Origin: Bryobacterales bacterium
GTDB lineage: Bacteria; Acidobacteriota; Terriglobia; Bryobacterales; UBA6623
Reading direction: 5' to 3'
Assembly: GCA_965206775.1 (NCBI GenBank)
Contig: CBDBKU010000002.1
Coordinates: forward strand, 2,115,705 to 2,179,704
DNA length: 64,000 nt
Part shown: positions 52,967 to 62,900 of the stretch, piece after piece
How positions within the stretch are numbered: position 1 is the stretch's first letter
How the letters are laid out: every line of letters begins with the position of its first letter
Program-made: the position numbers and the translations under genes
Notes under the pieces: model-generated
Told to the model about the DNA's origin: nothing
Seen by the model: only the letters and a program-made list of their open reading frames with translations
Database searches by the model: none

Positions 52967-55087
52967 TTGCTGGGTTATTTCTCCGCCCTCGGGCAAGTGG
53001 ACGAATCCCGCCGGCGCTTCTTCACGCAGAGGAGCGGGCGCTTGCGGCAGTTCTTCGAACTGTACAAGGCTTCGCCCGAATTCCGGGAAGGGGGCCGCGC
53101 CAAGGTCCGCGAGAGCCCGTTCCTGGAGCTGCTGCGGGAATTGCCGCTCGGGTCTGACGGCACTGTCACATTCCCGGGCGCGGCGGAAGTTTGGATGGTC
53201 GCGAAGGGCGCGGCCGATGCCAGCAGGCTCGCCCGGAGGCTCCGCAGGAAGGTTGTCCCGGAGGAGGAGGACGAGATTCTGGTCCGACTCGCCAAGACAA
53301 AGTTCCAGACTCCGACCGGACTGCGGTCGCAGGTCGACAAGTTCCTCGCTGCCTCGCGGATCGACCGGCTCAGGAACCAGCCCATGGACAGCGTCGCGGC
53401 GCTGAATTTCGCGCAGGCATTCGGCTCGTTCGAGCACGTCTTCCCGTACTTCGCCACGCTGACCGGCCTGCAATCGCAGCATCTGCGCAGCTTCCTGGCG
53501 TTCGCCGGCAACCTCGAGCCCATCGAGACGGTCAGGCGCAATCATCTGCTAGCGCTGTTCCACTCCCTGGCGGAGATCCTGTGCATCGGCCAGTTGGAGG
53601 GCGTCCTGGCCGAAGACCGAGCCGCCGAGCTGTTCGGTTCGATGTGCCTGCGGCTGTCCAAGGGGAAGGACCCATCCGTCGCAACCGACGCGGCGCTCGA
53701 AATGATCGAACGGATCCTGACGGAGGTCGGGCCCGAAAGCGACGGAACGCAGCCGGATCGACTCGCGCGCAAGGTGCTCGGGGTTGAAGAGCCCGCTTGG
53801 AGACGGGCGGAATTCACGGATGTGCTGAAGCTGCAAAGCGTGCCCGAGCTCTCGGTCCTGTTCCAAGCACGGGACGCTAGCCTGGCACTGGCTTCCGGCA
53901 CGGGGGATGCGCGCGTCCAGGTCGAATCGCTTGACGAGGCGATCCGGCGAATCCCGACGGTCGGGATTCCCAAAGACCTGCGACTGGAAGAAAGGAAGCG
54001 GCTGCTCGCCGGCTTCGGGACTCTGGGGCTGCAGCAGGCGAAACGGCGCCCCGAGCGGGCTGCGAACAGGCGCAAGCCCCGCCTGCCCGAACTGGACCGG
54101 CTCTCCAGGAACATGCGGGCCGAGCTGCTGCCGCATGTGGCTGCGGCGCTCATGGGAACGGTCTACGCGTACTATCTCCGCCCCGAGGACCTTCCGGTCG
54201 CCGAGGATCCCCTGTTCCTGCGCAAGCACGAGTTCTTCGATCTGGATTTCCAGTTTCTGGACAAGTTCTTCGGCGTGACGCAACTGAAGGGGATCGGGGA
54301 AGACACGGGCGCTTTCATCGAGGGCGGTTTCGCCGGAATCGCTACCGCCGCGGGCCGAATCGCCCAGTTCGGAGTCCGGGTTCTGGATCCCGATGCAGCG
54401 GCGCTGGCTCAAATCGAACTTGCGTCGCTGCGATCGACTCGCTGGCGGGGGTTGCGCGAGGCCGACATGCGCCGGTTTTCGCTGACGGTGCTCCTCGGGT
54501 GCGAATGGATCGTCGAAGCGGCATCCGAGGAGTCCTTGCGGTCCGGATTGCTCGGAGCCGTGGCCGGAGTCCTGTACGCCAGCCGCAGCCGCCGGGTGCT
54601 ATCGTCGCTTGACGAGCGGAACTGGCCGGCTGTGCGGGGATCGTTCTCGCTGTCCGATCTCTATCGCCTGGGCCGGGCCCGGCTCTCCGCCCCTTCCGAC
54701 GCGTTCCCGGAATCCCCGGTTGCCAGGGCCGTTGCAGCGTTGCCGGCAGATGCCGGGTCCTGGGACGGGCTGGACCTGATGGGGTCGATACGGCCCAAGA
54801 CCTTCGGCTATTCCCGGCCGCGCATGTGGGAGGATGCCCCGTACGAAGAATACGAGCGCTACCTTTCGGATGTCATGATCGCGGAACGGACAGCGGAACT
54901 GAAGCTGTACCTGGTCCAGGCGGCCGACAGCCTCGGCGTGCCCGTCGAGACGCTGGCCAGGGTTGCGGAACCTGCGGCGAAGCGCGTTCTCTCGGAGGTG
55001 CAGATGGGCGATCTGTGGGACTGGCGCTCCGTGCTGAGAACCTTTGCCGAGCGGACCCGCCCCGCCCTGCAGGAGGTGCTGCCGTGA
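52967..55087 (+). CDS. Large uncharacterised helical protein coupled to the VWA gene; 5' region probably degenerate
   Basis: 706-aa ORF whose stop overlaps the VWA ATG; two further partial copies in the window. Confidence 0.7.
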   Translation: MLGYFSALGQVDESRRRFFTQRSGRLRQFFELYKASPEFREGGRAKVRESPFLELLRELPLGSDGTVTFPGAAEVWMVAKGAADASRLARRLRRKVVPEEEDEILVRLAKTKFQTPTGLRSQVDKFLAASRIDRLRNQPMDSVAALNFAQAFGSFEHVFPYFATLTGLQSQHLRSFLAFAGNLEPIETVRRNHLLALFHSLAEILCIGQLEGVLAEDRAAELFGSMCLRLSKGKDPSVATDAALEMIERILTEVGPESDGTQPDRLARKVLGVEEPAWRRAEFTDVLKLQSVPELSVLFQARDASLALASGTGDARVQVESLDEAIRRIPTVGIPKDLRLEERKRLLAGFGTLGLQQAKRRPERAANRRKPRLPELDRLSRNMRAELLPHVAAALMGTVYAYYLRPEDLPVAEDPLFLRKHEFFDLDFQFLDKFFGVTQLKGIGEDTGAFIEGGFAGIATAAGRIAQFGVRVLDPDAAALAQIELASLRSTRWRGLREADMRRFSLTVLLGCEWIVEAASEESLRSGLLGAVAGVLYASRSRRVLSSLDERNWPAVRGSFSLSDLYRLGRARLSAPSDAFPESPVARAVAALPADAGSWDGLDLMGSIRPKTFGYSRPRMWEDAPYEEYERYLSDVMIAERTAELKLYLVQAADSLGVPVETLARVAEPAAKRVLSEVQMGDLWDWRSVLRTFAERTRPALQEVLP

Positions 55088-56013
55088 TGACCCGAGCTGC
55101 CGCCCTGCCCCTGGCTATCTCGCTCTCACTCGTGCCCGGCGTCGGTTCGAGTCGCGCGTTCGCGCAGGATCCGAATGCCGGTGTCCAATGGCCGGATGCA
55201 TCCGAGGATGCGATCTTCACCGCCGTGGCGAGGCTGGTCGAGGTCCACGTGAGCGTGGCGGACGGGAAGAGGCGCTACGTCTCCGGACTGACTCGTGACA
55301 GGTTTCGCGTGCTCGACAACGGCGAGCAGCAGGAGATTTCGGTCTTTGAAGCCGACGAATCCGGATTCTCATGCGCGATCCTGCTCGACACGACTGGCAG
55401 CATGAAGCGGGCTCTTCCCACGGTGAAGCGAGCGATCCTGGAATTCATCGACGGTCTCCGGCCGAACGACTCGGTTGCCGTCTACGCTTTCAGCACGCAG
55501 CTGGAGCTGCTCCAGCCGTTCACGCTGGACAAGAACGAAGCGAAACGAGCTGTTCTGAAGACGCGAGCGGACGGTGCCACGGCGCTGTTCGATTCCGTGT
55601 ATCGCGTCACGAAGGATCTTGGTGGGGTCGAGGGCAAGAAGGCGCTCCTGGTGTTTACCGACGGCGACGACAATTCCAGCGTGCTCAACGCCCGATCAGC
55701 GATCCGGCAGGCTCGAGCCGTCGGGGCGCCGGTATTCGCGGCGGCACAAGGGCAAGCTCTCGAGAACCGCGACCTAGTCAAGCAGATCCACGAGCTGTCC
55801 CGATCCACTGGAGGCCTGGCATTCGAGGTGAAGAAGAGCAGCCAGGCGCAGAGGATCTTCTTCGAGATTTCCAGAGCGCTGAAGCATGGCTACCTGCTGG
55901 CATTTCGCCCGCCTCAGGCAACGAGCGACGAATGGCGAGACATCGAGGTGGCTGTGTCTGGAGTCAGGAGACCGCAGATCCGCGCGAAGAGCGGCTACTT
56001 CGCCGTTCCGTAG
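55087..56013 (+). CDS. Secreted acidobacterial VWA-domain protein copy 4 (intact, 308 aa)
   Basis: Signal peptide ending AFA-Q; RLVEVHVSV..GLTRDRFRVLDNG..LLDTTGSM..FTDGDDNSS. Confidence 0.9.
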   Translation: MTRAAALPLAISLSLVPGVGSSRAFAQDPNAGVQWPDASEDAIFTAVARLVEVHVSVADGKRRYVSGLTRDRFRVLDNGEQQEISVFEADESGFSCAILLDTTGSMKRALPTVKRAILEFIDGLRPNDSVAVYAFSTQLELLQPFTLDKNEAKRAVLKTRADGATALFDSVYRVTKDLGGVEGKKALLVFTDGDDNSSVLNARSAIRQARAVGAPVFAAAQGQALENRDLVKQIHELSRSTGGLAFEVKKSSQAQRIFFEISRALKHGYLLAFRPPQATSDEWRDIEVAVSGVRRPQIRAKSGYFAVP

Positions 56014-56824
56014 GGCAGTGCTCCTGGAGCCCGCGGGCTGCACGGCCGGGAGGGAGGCTCCAGAGCGAGCCAGTCGCGCATGGTCCTGGCTGCGATGCAT
56101 GCGCGTCGGGCCTTCTCCTGCCTCGCGGTCCGGCGTGCGGGGTTCCCGTCGCAGGGACTGGAAGGTCGCGATAGCGCGGATCCGGCACTGGGCCAGATCG
56201 CGCGGGTGTCGGGTTCGGATGTCCTGCAGGGGGATTTCAAGGGGCGATCTCGGTTGTACGGCTTGCTGTCCCGAAGCCAGGAGGCTGCGGGCGCGGGCCG
56301 GCCGGAATGCCCGCCGGATTCCGATCGCGCAGGGAGTCGAGCGGGGCTGGCGGAGAAGGCGGCTGCGCCTCGGCGACGGCGCTCAGCCGGACCGGCACCG
56401 CAGGCGGGCCAAGATGAATGCGCGATCAAGCAGACAGGCGGAACCGGCCTCGCCACTTCCCTACCAGCACATGCAGACGGTTCCGCTCTCGGTCGGCGCT
56501 GCGGAAAATCACGAGCAGCATGACATCGTTGAATCGGCTCCGCAGCACGGCATCGATGCGCTCGTTCGGGGCGGGTTCCGGCGTCGGGGAAATCGAGACG
56601 CTCGTCTCATGTCCGGTCGCGCTGCAGCATCTCGCTGGTGAAATTGCGCTGCCGGTCCCTCAAGCTCTCACCGAAGCGGGTGCGAGAACATGTCCTGCCG
56701 GTCCCTCCGCGAGGACGTGCTGGACCGGGCAGCGATCGCGCGAGACTTGCAGGGCACTGACTGATCTGGCGCATCGGAGCAGCCGATGGCGGTGACGGCA
56801 GCCACATATAGTCGACTGGTGGGT

Positions 56825-57205
56825 TCAAGCAGCTGGGCGCGGCGGAGCGGTCAGCGACACGTCCAGCCTCACCTGGTTGTAGGGGACCCGCGGCACCAGC
56901 GTGCCGCGCCGTCCCTGCTCCAGTTCCACGAGGCCGTAGCGCGACATTGTCTTCAGGGTCCGTGACAAATTCGACGTGCTGCGCCCTGCGAGCGCCGCCA
57001 GCTCGGTGAGCGAGTCCGGATGCTCACGGGCAATCAGCGCCAGAAGCTCTCGATTGCGTTGCGAGAGCACTTTCGCAAAGCTCTCGATGGACGTGAACCA
57101 GACCGTCGGCTCGCCCGTGGCAGGCTTGTGCTTCCCGCGGGCAATCGCCATGGTGCGCGCCTTCATCCGATCGTAGCCGGCGATTCCGATCTGCAATGTC
57201 TTCAT
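56825..57205 (-). CDS. HTH antitoxin/regulator paired with DUF6516 toxin
   Basis: Protein identical to 22755..23135. Confidence 0.8.
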   Translation of the reverse strand: MKTLQIGIAGYDRMKARTMAIARGKHKPATGEPTVWFTSIESFAKVLSQRNRELLALIAREHPDSLTELAALAGRSTSNLSRTLKTMSRYGLVELEQGRRGTLVPRVPYNQVRLDVSLTAPPRPAA

Positions 57206-57570
57206 GGGATCGCTCCCCTTTCCTTCAAAACCGCGTCCACTTCCTTCCAGAAATCCTCAAGCAGCGTGGACGCATCCTTGTACTCATAGGGCCGGATCGT
57301 CCGCATCCGGTGCCGATGGTCGCGCTCCCCGCGTCGCCGCGTACCCGGGCCTCGCCTTTCCCTCACCGGGTGCGCATTGTCGAAACCGACCAGCCTAGTG
57401 CCATCCGGGGCGTGCAGCGTGAGCGAATAGCTCAGCCGGTGCGGCCGTTCCGCAGTCACCTCGGTTCGCAGCACAACGAACTTCACCCAGTGTCCGATCT
57501 CGTCTATAAACAGCGTCTGGCCGTGGAGGTCGAGTAGAGTGTCAAGCCCGGGATCACGGTCAGGCGCAGC
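57202..57570 (-). CDS. DUF6516/TumE-like toxin (start codon uncertain)
   Basis: LDTLLDLHG..ERPHRLSYSLTLHAPDGTRLVGFDNAH..DHRH..YEYKDASTLLEDFW; ATGA overlap with the HTH gene. Confidence 0.75.
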   Translation of the reverse strand, partial: AAPDRDPGLDTLLDLHGQTLFIDEIGHWVKFVVLRTEVTAERPHRLSYSLTLHAPDGTRLVGFDNAHPVRERRGPGTRRRGERDHRHRMRTIRPYEYKDASTLLEDFWKEVDAVLKERGAIP

Positions 57571-57579
57571 ACTGAAACA

Positions 57580-57600
57580 TGTTATCAGTTTCTGATAACA
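57580..57600. promoter_or_regulatory. Palindromic operator (copy B)
   Basis: TGTTATCAG-TTT-CTGATAACA. Confidence 0.6.
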
Positions 57601-57974
57601 AAACAAAGGCAGACACCAGGCGTTCCGGTCTCGGCGCCAGTCGGGGAACATGGCGCCACAGCCTTGCCGACGTCCCTCTCCCACCAGAACCTTGCGCCAC
57701 TTTGAACCGCTCCATACGCTTCCTATCTCCCACGATCCCCGAGGAACCCCCTATGTCAGAAGTCTTTGCGATGGACGCCGGCATACCCTACGCCTTCGCA
57801 CCCTCGCCCGATTCCATCAAAGGAGCACCGCACCGCATTCATATGGTCTTCAATGGCCCAGACGGCCGGTGCTGGTCGACCGATACCAATCTGATGGCGG
57901 TCACACAGGAGTGCGATCGAGATCTGCGATGGACAGATTCTGCAATGGACTCTTCCTCCGCCACGGAAGTTCAC

Positions 57975-58245
57975 CGCGTCAGGATTCGGTTGCTGACCTG
58001 TAGTTCCGATCTCATTTGTGGGTAGCTTGGCGGATTGGGGGGCGGGCGCTGTTTGGCGTCGTCAGCCGACGCCCGGTTCCGGCGACGCAGCGCCGCATCC
58101 CGTTTGTTGCACTGCAAGGGCGTCGGGCCGCTGACTAGCTGGCGTCCCAGCTCGGCGAAGGCCCGGGGCAATTGGTCGAGCGTGCCGCACACGATCCGCA
58201 CGTAGTCCGGATGCTGCAGGTTCGCTGCCAGGGCGGCCTGGGGTG
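57975..58245 (-). mobile_element. Transposase C-terminus and element end remnant (duplicate of 27348-27618)
   Basis: Same sequence as in copy A. Confidence 0.6.
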
Positions 58246-58246
58246 G

Positions 58247-59326
58247 CGGATCGCCAGCTTCGGAACTCTGGGGCTGCAGCAGGCGAAACGCCGTTTCGAG
58301 CGTGCCGCGAACAGGCGCAAGCCCCGCCTTCCCGAACTCGACCGGCTCTCCAGGAACATGCGGGCCGAGCTGCTGCCGCATGTGGCTGCGGCGCTCATGG
58401 GAACGGTCTACGCGTACTATCTCCGCCCCGAGGACCTTCCGGTCGCCGAGGATCCCCTGTTCCTGCGCAAGCACGAGTTCTTCGATCTGGAGCGCCCGTT
58501 TCTCGAGAACTTCTTCGGCGTGACGCAATTGAAAGGGATCGGGGAAGACACGGGCGCTTTCATCGATGGCGGTTTCGCCGGAATCGCTACGGCTGCGGGC
58601 CGAACCGCCCAGTTCGGAGTCCGGATTCTGGATCCCGATGCAGCAGCAGTGGCTCAAATCGAACTGGCTTCGCTGCGATCGACACGCTGGCGGGGGTTGC
58701 GCGAGGCCGACATGCGCCGGTTTTCGCTGACGGTACTCCTCGGGCGCGAATGGATCGTCGAAGCGGCATCCGAGGAGTCCTTGCGGTCCGGATTGCTGGG
58801 AGCCGTGGCCGGAGTCCTGTCCGCCAGCCGCACCCGCCGGGTGCTATCGTCGCTTGACGAGCGGAACTGGCCCGCTGTGTGGGGATCGTTCTCGCTGTCC
58901 GATCTCTATCGCCTGGGCCGGGCCCGGCTTTCCGCCCGTTCCGACGTGTTCCGAGAATCCCCGGTTGCCAGGGCCCTTGCAGCGTTGCCGGCAGATGCCG
59001 GGTCCTGGGACGTGATGGGGTCGATACGGTCCAAGACCTTCGGCTATTCCCGGCCGCGCATGTGGGAGGATGCCCCGTACGAAGAATACGAGCGCTACCT
59101 TTCGGACACCATGATCGCGGAACGAACGGCGGAACTGAAGCTGTACCTAGTCCAGGCGGCCGACGGCCTCGGCGTGCCCGTCGAGACCCTGGCCAGGGTC
59201 GCGGAACCTGCGGCGAAGCGCGTTCTGTCGGAGGTGCAGATGGGCGATCTGTGGGACTGGCGCTCCGTGCTGAGGACCTTTGCCGAGCGGACCCGCCCCG
59301 CCCTGCAGGAGGCGCTGCTGCGATGA
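58247..59326 (+). pseudogene. 3' fragment of the large VWA-associated protein
   Basis: Near-identical to 27620..28699. Confidence 0.8.
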
Positions 59327-60249
59327 CCCGAGCTGCCGCCCTGCCCCTGGCCATCTCGCTCGCCCTCGGGCCCGGCGCCGGTTCGAGCCGCGCATTCGCG
59401 CAGGATCCGAATGCCGGTGTCCAATTGCCGGATGCATCCGAGGATGCGATCTTCACCGCCGTAGCGAGGCTGGTCGAGGTCCACGTGAGCGTGGCGGACG
59501 GGAAGAGGCGCTACGTCTCCGGACTGACTCGTGACAGGTTTCGCGTGCTCGACAACGGCGAGCAGCAGGAGATTTCGGTCTTTGAAGCCGACGAATCCGG
59601 ATTCTCGTGCGCGATCCTGCTCGACACCACCGGCAGCATGAAGCGGGAGCTTCCCACGGTGAAGCGAGCGATCCTGGAATTCATCGACGATCTCCGATCG
59701 AACGACTCGGTTGCCGTGTACGCTTTCAGCACGCAGCTGGAGCAGCTCCAGCCGTTCATGCTGGACAAGAACGAAGCGAAACGAGTTGTTCTGAAGACGC
59801 GCGCGGACGGTGCCACGGCGCTGTTGGATTCCGTGTATCGCGTCACGAAGGATCTCGCCGGTGTCGAGGGCAAGAAGACGCTCTTGGTCTTTACCGACGG
59901 CGACGACAATTCCAGCGTGCTCAACGCCCGATCAGCGATCCGGCAGGCTCGAGCCGTCGGGGCGCCGGTATTCGCGGCGGCACAAGGGCAAGCTCTCGAG
60001 AACCGCGACCTAGTCAAGCAAATCCACGAGCTGTCCCGATCCACGGGAGGCCTGGCATTCGAGGTGAAGAAGAGCAGCCAGGCGCAGAGGATCTTCTTCG
60101 AGATTCCCAGAGCGCTGAAGCATGGCTATCTGCTGGCATTTCGCCCGCCTCAGGCGACGAGCGACGAATGGCGAGACATCGAAGTGGCTGTGTCGGGAGT
60201 CAGGAGACCGCAGATCCGCGCGAAGAGCGGCTACTTCGCCGTTCCGTAG
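59323..60249 (+). CDS. Secreted acidobacterial VWA-domain protein copy 5 (intact, 308 aa)
   Basis: 927-bp open frame with the same motifs as copy 4. Confidence 0.9.
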   Translation: MTRAAALPLAISLALGPGAGSSRAFAQDPNAGVQLPDASEDAIFTAVARLVEVHVSVADGKRRYVSGLTRDRFRVLDNGEQQEISVFEADESGFSCAILLDTTGSMKRELPTVKRAILEFIDDLRSNDSVAVYAFSTQLEQLQPFMLDKNEAKRVVLKTRADGATALLDSVYRVTKDLAGVEGKKTLLVFTDGDDNSSVLNARSAIRQARAVGAPVFAAAQGQALENRDLVKQIHELSRSTGGLAFEVKKSSQAQRIFFEIPRALKHGYLLAFRPPQATSDEWRDIEVAVSGVRRPQIRAKSGYFAVP

Positions 60250-60544
60250 GGCAGTGCTCCTGGGGCCCGGGCTGAACGGCCGGGAGGCTGCAGAGCGAGC
60301 CAGTCGAGCATGGTCCCGGCAGCGATGCGGGGGCGCCGGGCCTGCTCCTGCCTCGCGGTCCGGCGCGCGGTGTTCCCGCCGCAGGGACAGGAAGTTGGCG
60401 ATAGCGCGGATGCGGCACGGCGGCGCATCGCCCCGGATGTCGGGTTCGAGGTCCTTCAGGGCTGATTCTACGGGGCGATCGCGGTGGTACGGCCTGCTGT
60501 CCCGACGCCAGGCGGCTGCCGGCGCGGCCCGGCAGGAATGCACT

Positions 60545-60740
60545 CCTCGGACAGTAGCGGCGCCAGCCGCCGCCGCAGGTGCCATTCCACGTAGTACGCC
60601 AGCATGCATAGCAGCACGTGCCCGCGCACGTGGTCCTCGCTGTAGAAGAAGACTGGCCGGACTTGCAGTTGCGTGTGCTTGAGCGAGCGGAAATCCAGCT
60701 CCACTTGTGCCAGGCTCTTGTAGGCCTCAACGGTCCCTGC
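60545..60740 (-). mobile_element. IS1634-family transposase fragment
   Basis: FRSLKHTQLQVRPVFFYSEDHVRGHVLLCMLAYYVEWHLRRRLAPLL. Confidence 0.8.
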
Positions 60741-61350
60741 CCGGCCCAGAGAACAAGGCCTTCTCCTTCCGGACTTGCGTACGTCAAGTACCGCCTGCGG
60801 CCGGCCTGCGGCGCGATTCTCACGGAAACCCGCTGCGGCTGCACCGCAAGACCGGCATTCTCCGACATTCTCACGAAGCGATCGAACTGCGCAGCCACTC
60901 CCGCATCGACGGCACGCTGACGAATTGCCTCGACGGTGAGCTCACGGGGCGGGGGAGGCGGCTCGGTCCGTTCCTTGATCGAAGAGCCTCGGGCCGCCAT
61001 CCAACTCGAAGACCTCGAAGCTGACAACGCTGATCGGCTCGCCGAATCCGCCTAGGAAGTCCATCATGCGCTCCAACCGTTGCAGAACTGTCCCTTTCCT
61101 GATCCGTCGAGATCGGGAATCGCGAGGGTCGGTGCATCGACAGCGTCATTATGGCCGCAGTGCCGATCCTTGCTTGCCAAGGCAAGGTTCGCCTCGCGCG
61201 ATTGGACCGTAGCGCCGGTCGACTGCGGGAAGCCGTGCTGCAAAGATGTCAATCAAGCCGACTCCGGACCAGGCTGCCGGGGTTCCGCATGCTCGAGCAA
61301 TCGAGGTCCGCTGAAGCGACGCGCACCGATACACCGCTCTAGCGCAAGGC

Positions 61351-61367
61351 GTAGCGGAACATGCTAC
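61351..61367. promoter_or_regulatory. higBA operator palindrome
   Basis: GTAGC-GGAACAT-GCTAC, 10 bp upstream of the higB GTG. Confidence 0.45.
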
Positions 61368-61377
61368 ATTGCAACTA

Positions 61378-61659
61378 GTGCCGATCAAGAGTTTCAGGCA
61401 CAGCGGCTTGCGGAGATTCTTTCTGAGCGGCAACGCCCAGCGGCTGCATCCGGAGCACGTGGCGCGAATCGCCGATATCCTTGTTCGGCTCAACGACGCC
61501 GACCCGCTGGCTGCGCTAGCATTGCCAGCATACCGGTTGCAACCGCTGACGGGGAATCGCAAGGGCTCTTGGTCGGTGCGCGTTTCCGCGAACTGGCGCA
61601 TTGTGTTCCAGCTAGAAGACGGCAACGCGAAGGGCGTAGACTTGACGGACTACCACTAG
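61378..61659 (+). CDS. higB: HigB toxin (RelE/ParE family)
   Basis: IKSFRHSGLRRFF..LTGNRKGSWSVRVSANWRIVF..VDLTDYH. Confidence 0.9.
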   Translation: MPIKSFRHSGLRRFFLSGNAQRLHPEHVARIADILVRLNDADPLAALALPAYRLQPLTGNRKGSWSVRVSANWRIVFQLEDGNAKGVDLTDYH

Positions 61660-61667
61660 GGGGAGTC

Positions 61668-61991
61668 ATGAGCGACGACAACGGAACGATGGATTACGAC
61701 GCTTGGTTGCTTCGCAACCCGCCGCATCCCGGCCATGCCATTCTCGACGGCTGCCTGAACGGCATGGGCGTAGGTGAGGCGGCCCGCATGCTCGGAGTCT
61801 CGCGAGCGACGCTTTCGCGCGTGCTGAACGGAAGTGCGGGTATCTCCGTTGCGCTCGCCTTGAAGCTTGAGGCGCAAGGCTGGTCGAAAGCGGACGTATG
61901 GGTCCGCTTGCAGGGTGCCTACGACCTAGCCCGAGCGCGCAACCGCACAGAGCAATGGCCGGTCGAGGACCAAGCGCGTGTATCCGCATGA
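61668..61991 (+). CDS. higA: HigA antitoxin
   Basis: NPPHPG..AARMLGVSRATLSRVLNGSAGIS..WVRLQGAYDL. Confidence 0.9.
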   Translation: MSDDNGTMDYDAWLLRNPPHPGHAILDGCLNGMGVGEAARMLGVSRATLSRVLNGSAGISVALALKLEAQGWSKADVWVRLQGAYDLARARNRTEQWPVEDQARVSA

Positions 61992-62139
61992 GCGCGGAAC
62001 TGGCTGGGCCGAAAAACCATAACTTTCGCTACGAATAGAACCCGGCACACACGGTGCAAGGGCACGGAGCGGATTTGGCGAGGGGATGCGGCCTGGCTTT
62101 TCGAATTGAGGGGGGTAAGTTGGGTCTAGCCAGTTGTGG

Positions 62140-62480
62140 ATCATCGCGGTCTTGTGCGATGGACAACGTTGCGCTGGTGTCGGCCGACCTGCTGGAGCAG
62201 GTGAACCGGGTGATCGTGGCGGTGGGGCACGAGGTGGCTGGACGCCAGCCGGGCTTGAGCTTGGCCGGTCGCTCCGACTCGTTCGCAGCGGAAACGGACG
62301 TGAAGTACCCGACGGACGCGAGCCTGCTGCGGGACGCGGTGAGGTGTCTGATCAGGGTCGCGGCTGGGGCCTGCGAGGAGGTCGGCCTGAAGGACTGGCG
62401 CAAGCGGGTCGCGCTGCAGTTGCGGCTGAAGGAACGGTTCAACGCGGTGCGACAGACGCGTCGTGCGAACCCGGCGGCGG
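62140..62480 (+). mobile_element. ISNCY/IS5-like transposase internal remnant (same family as 5343-6450)
   Basis: DNVALVS..GRSDSFAAETDVKYPTDASLLRDAVRCLIRV. Confidence 0.75.
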
Positions 62481-62900
62481 TGCGGCCCTCTCCGGCGTTG
62501 TGCCTGCGCGGGTGCCCCGTGCGATCGACAGAACGGGTAATCGACTCCACGATTCCAAAGTCGCGCACGACCAGCCGCTCGCTCCCGACAACCGGCGCTC
62601 TTGCTAGAAGGCTGCTGACGTCTGCCTCGAGCCTGGCATGAATGGAATTTGCGGACATCGACAAATTCGGGCCTGCCTGAATGGCGAGTTCGTTCGCCTT
62701 GGTCCGGGGCACGGGACTCTATTCCACGGAGCCAAGTTCCAAGAGGTGCGCCACGTCCGTCGGCTGCGAATCGTACGCAGCAAAGAGGGCCGCTTACCTT
62801 TCGATCGGCATCGCTTGCCGGCGGCTTGCGGGGAGCCGCCGAGCCCGCGCCTCGCCCGTCCGGACGGCCAAGAGCTGCGGCGATCCGCTGTGCCGATCGT

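Larger units (their letters stand above)
55285..60270 (+). repeat. Segmental duplication copy B (no RIT; empty site TAGCTC at 57428-57433)
   Basis: Collinear with 21213-29640 once the RIT insertion is removed. Confidence 0.9.
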
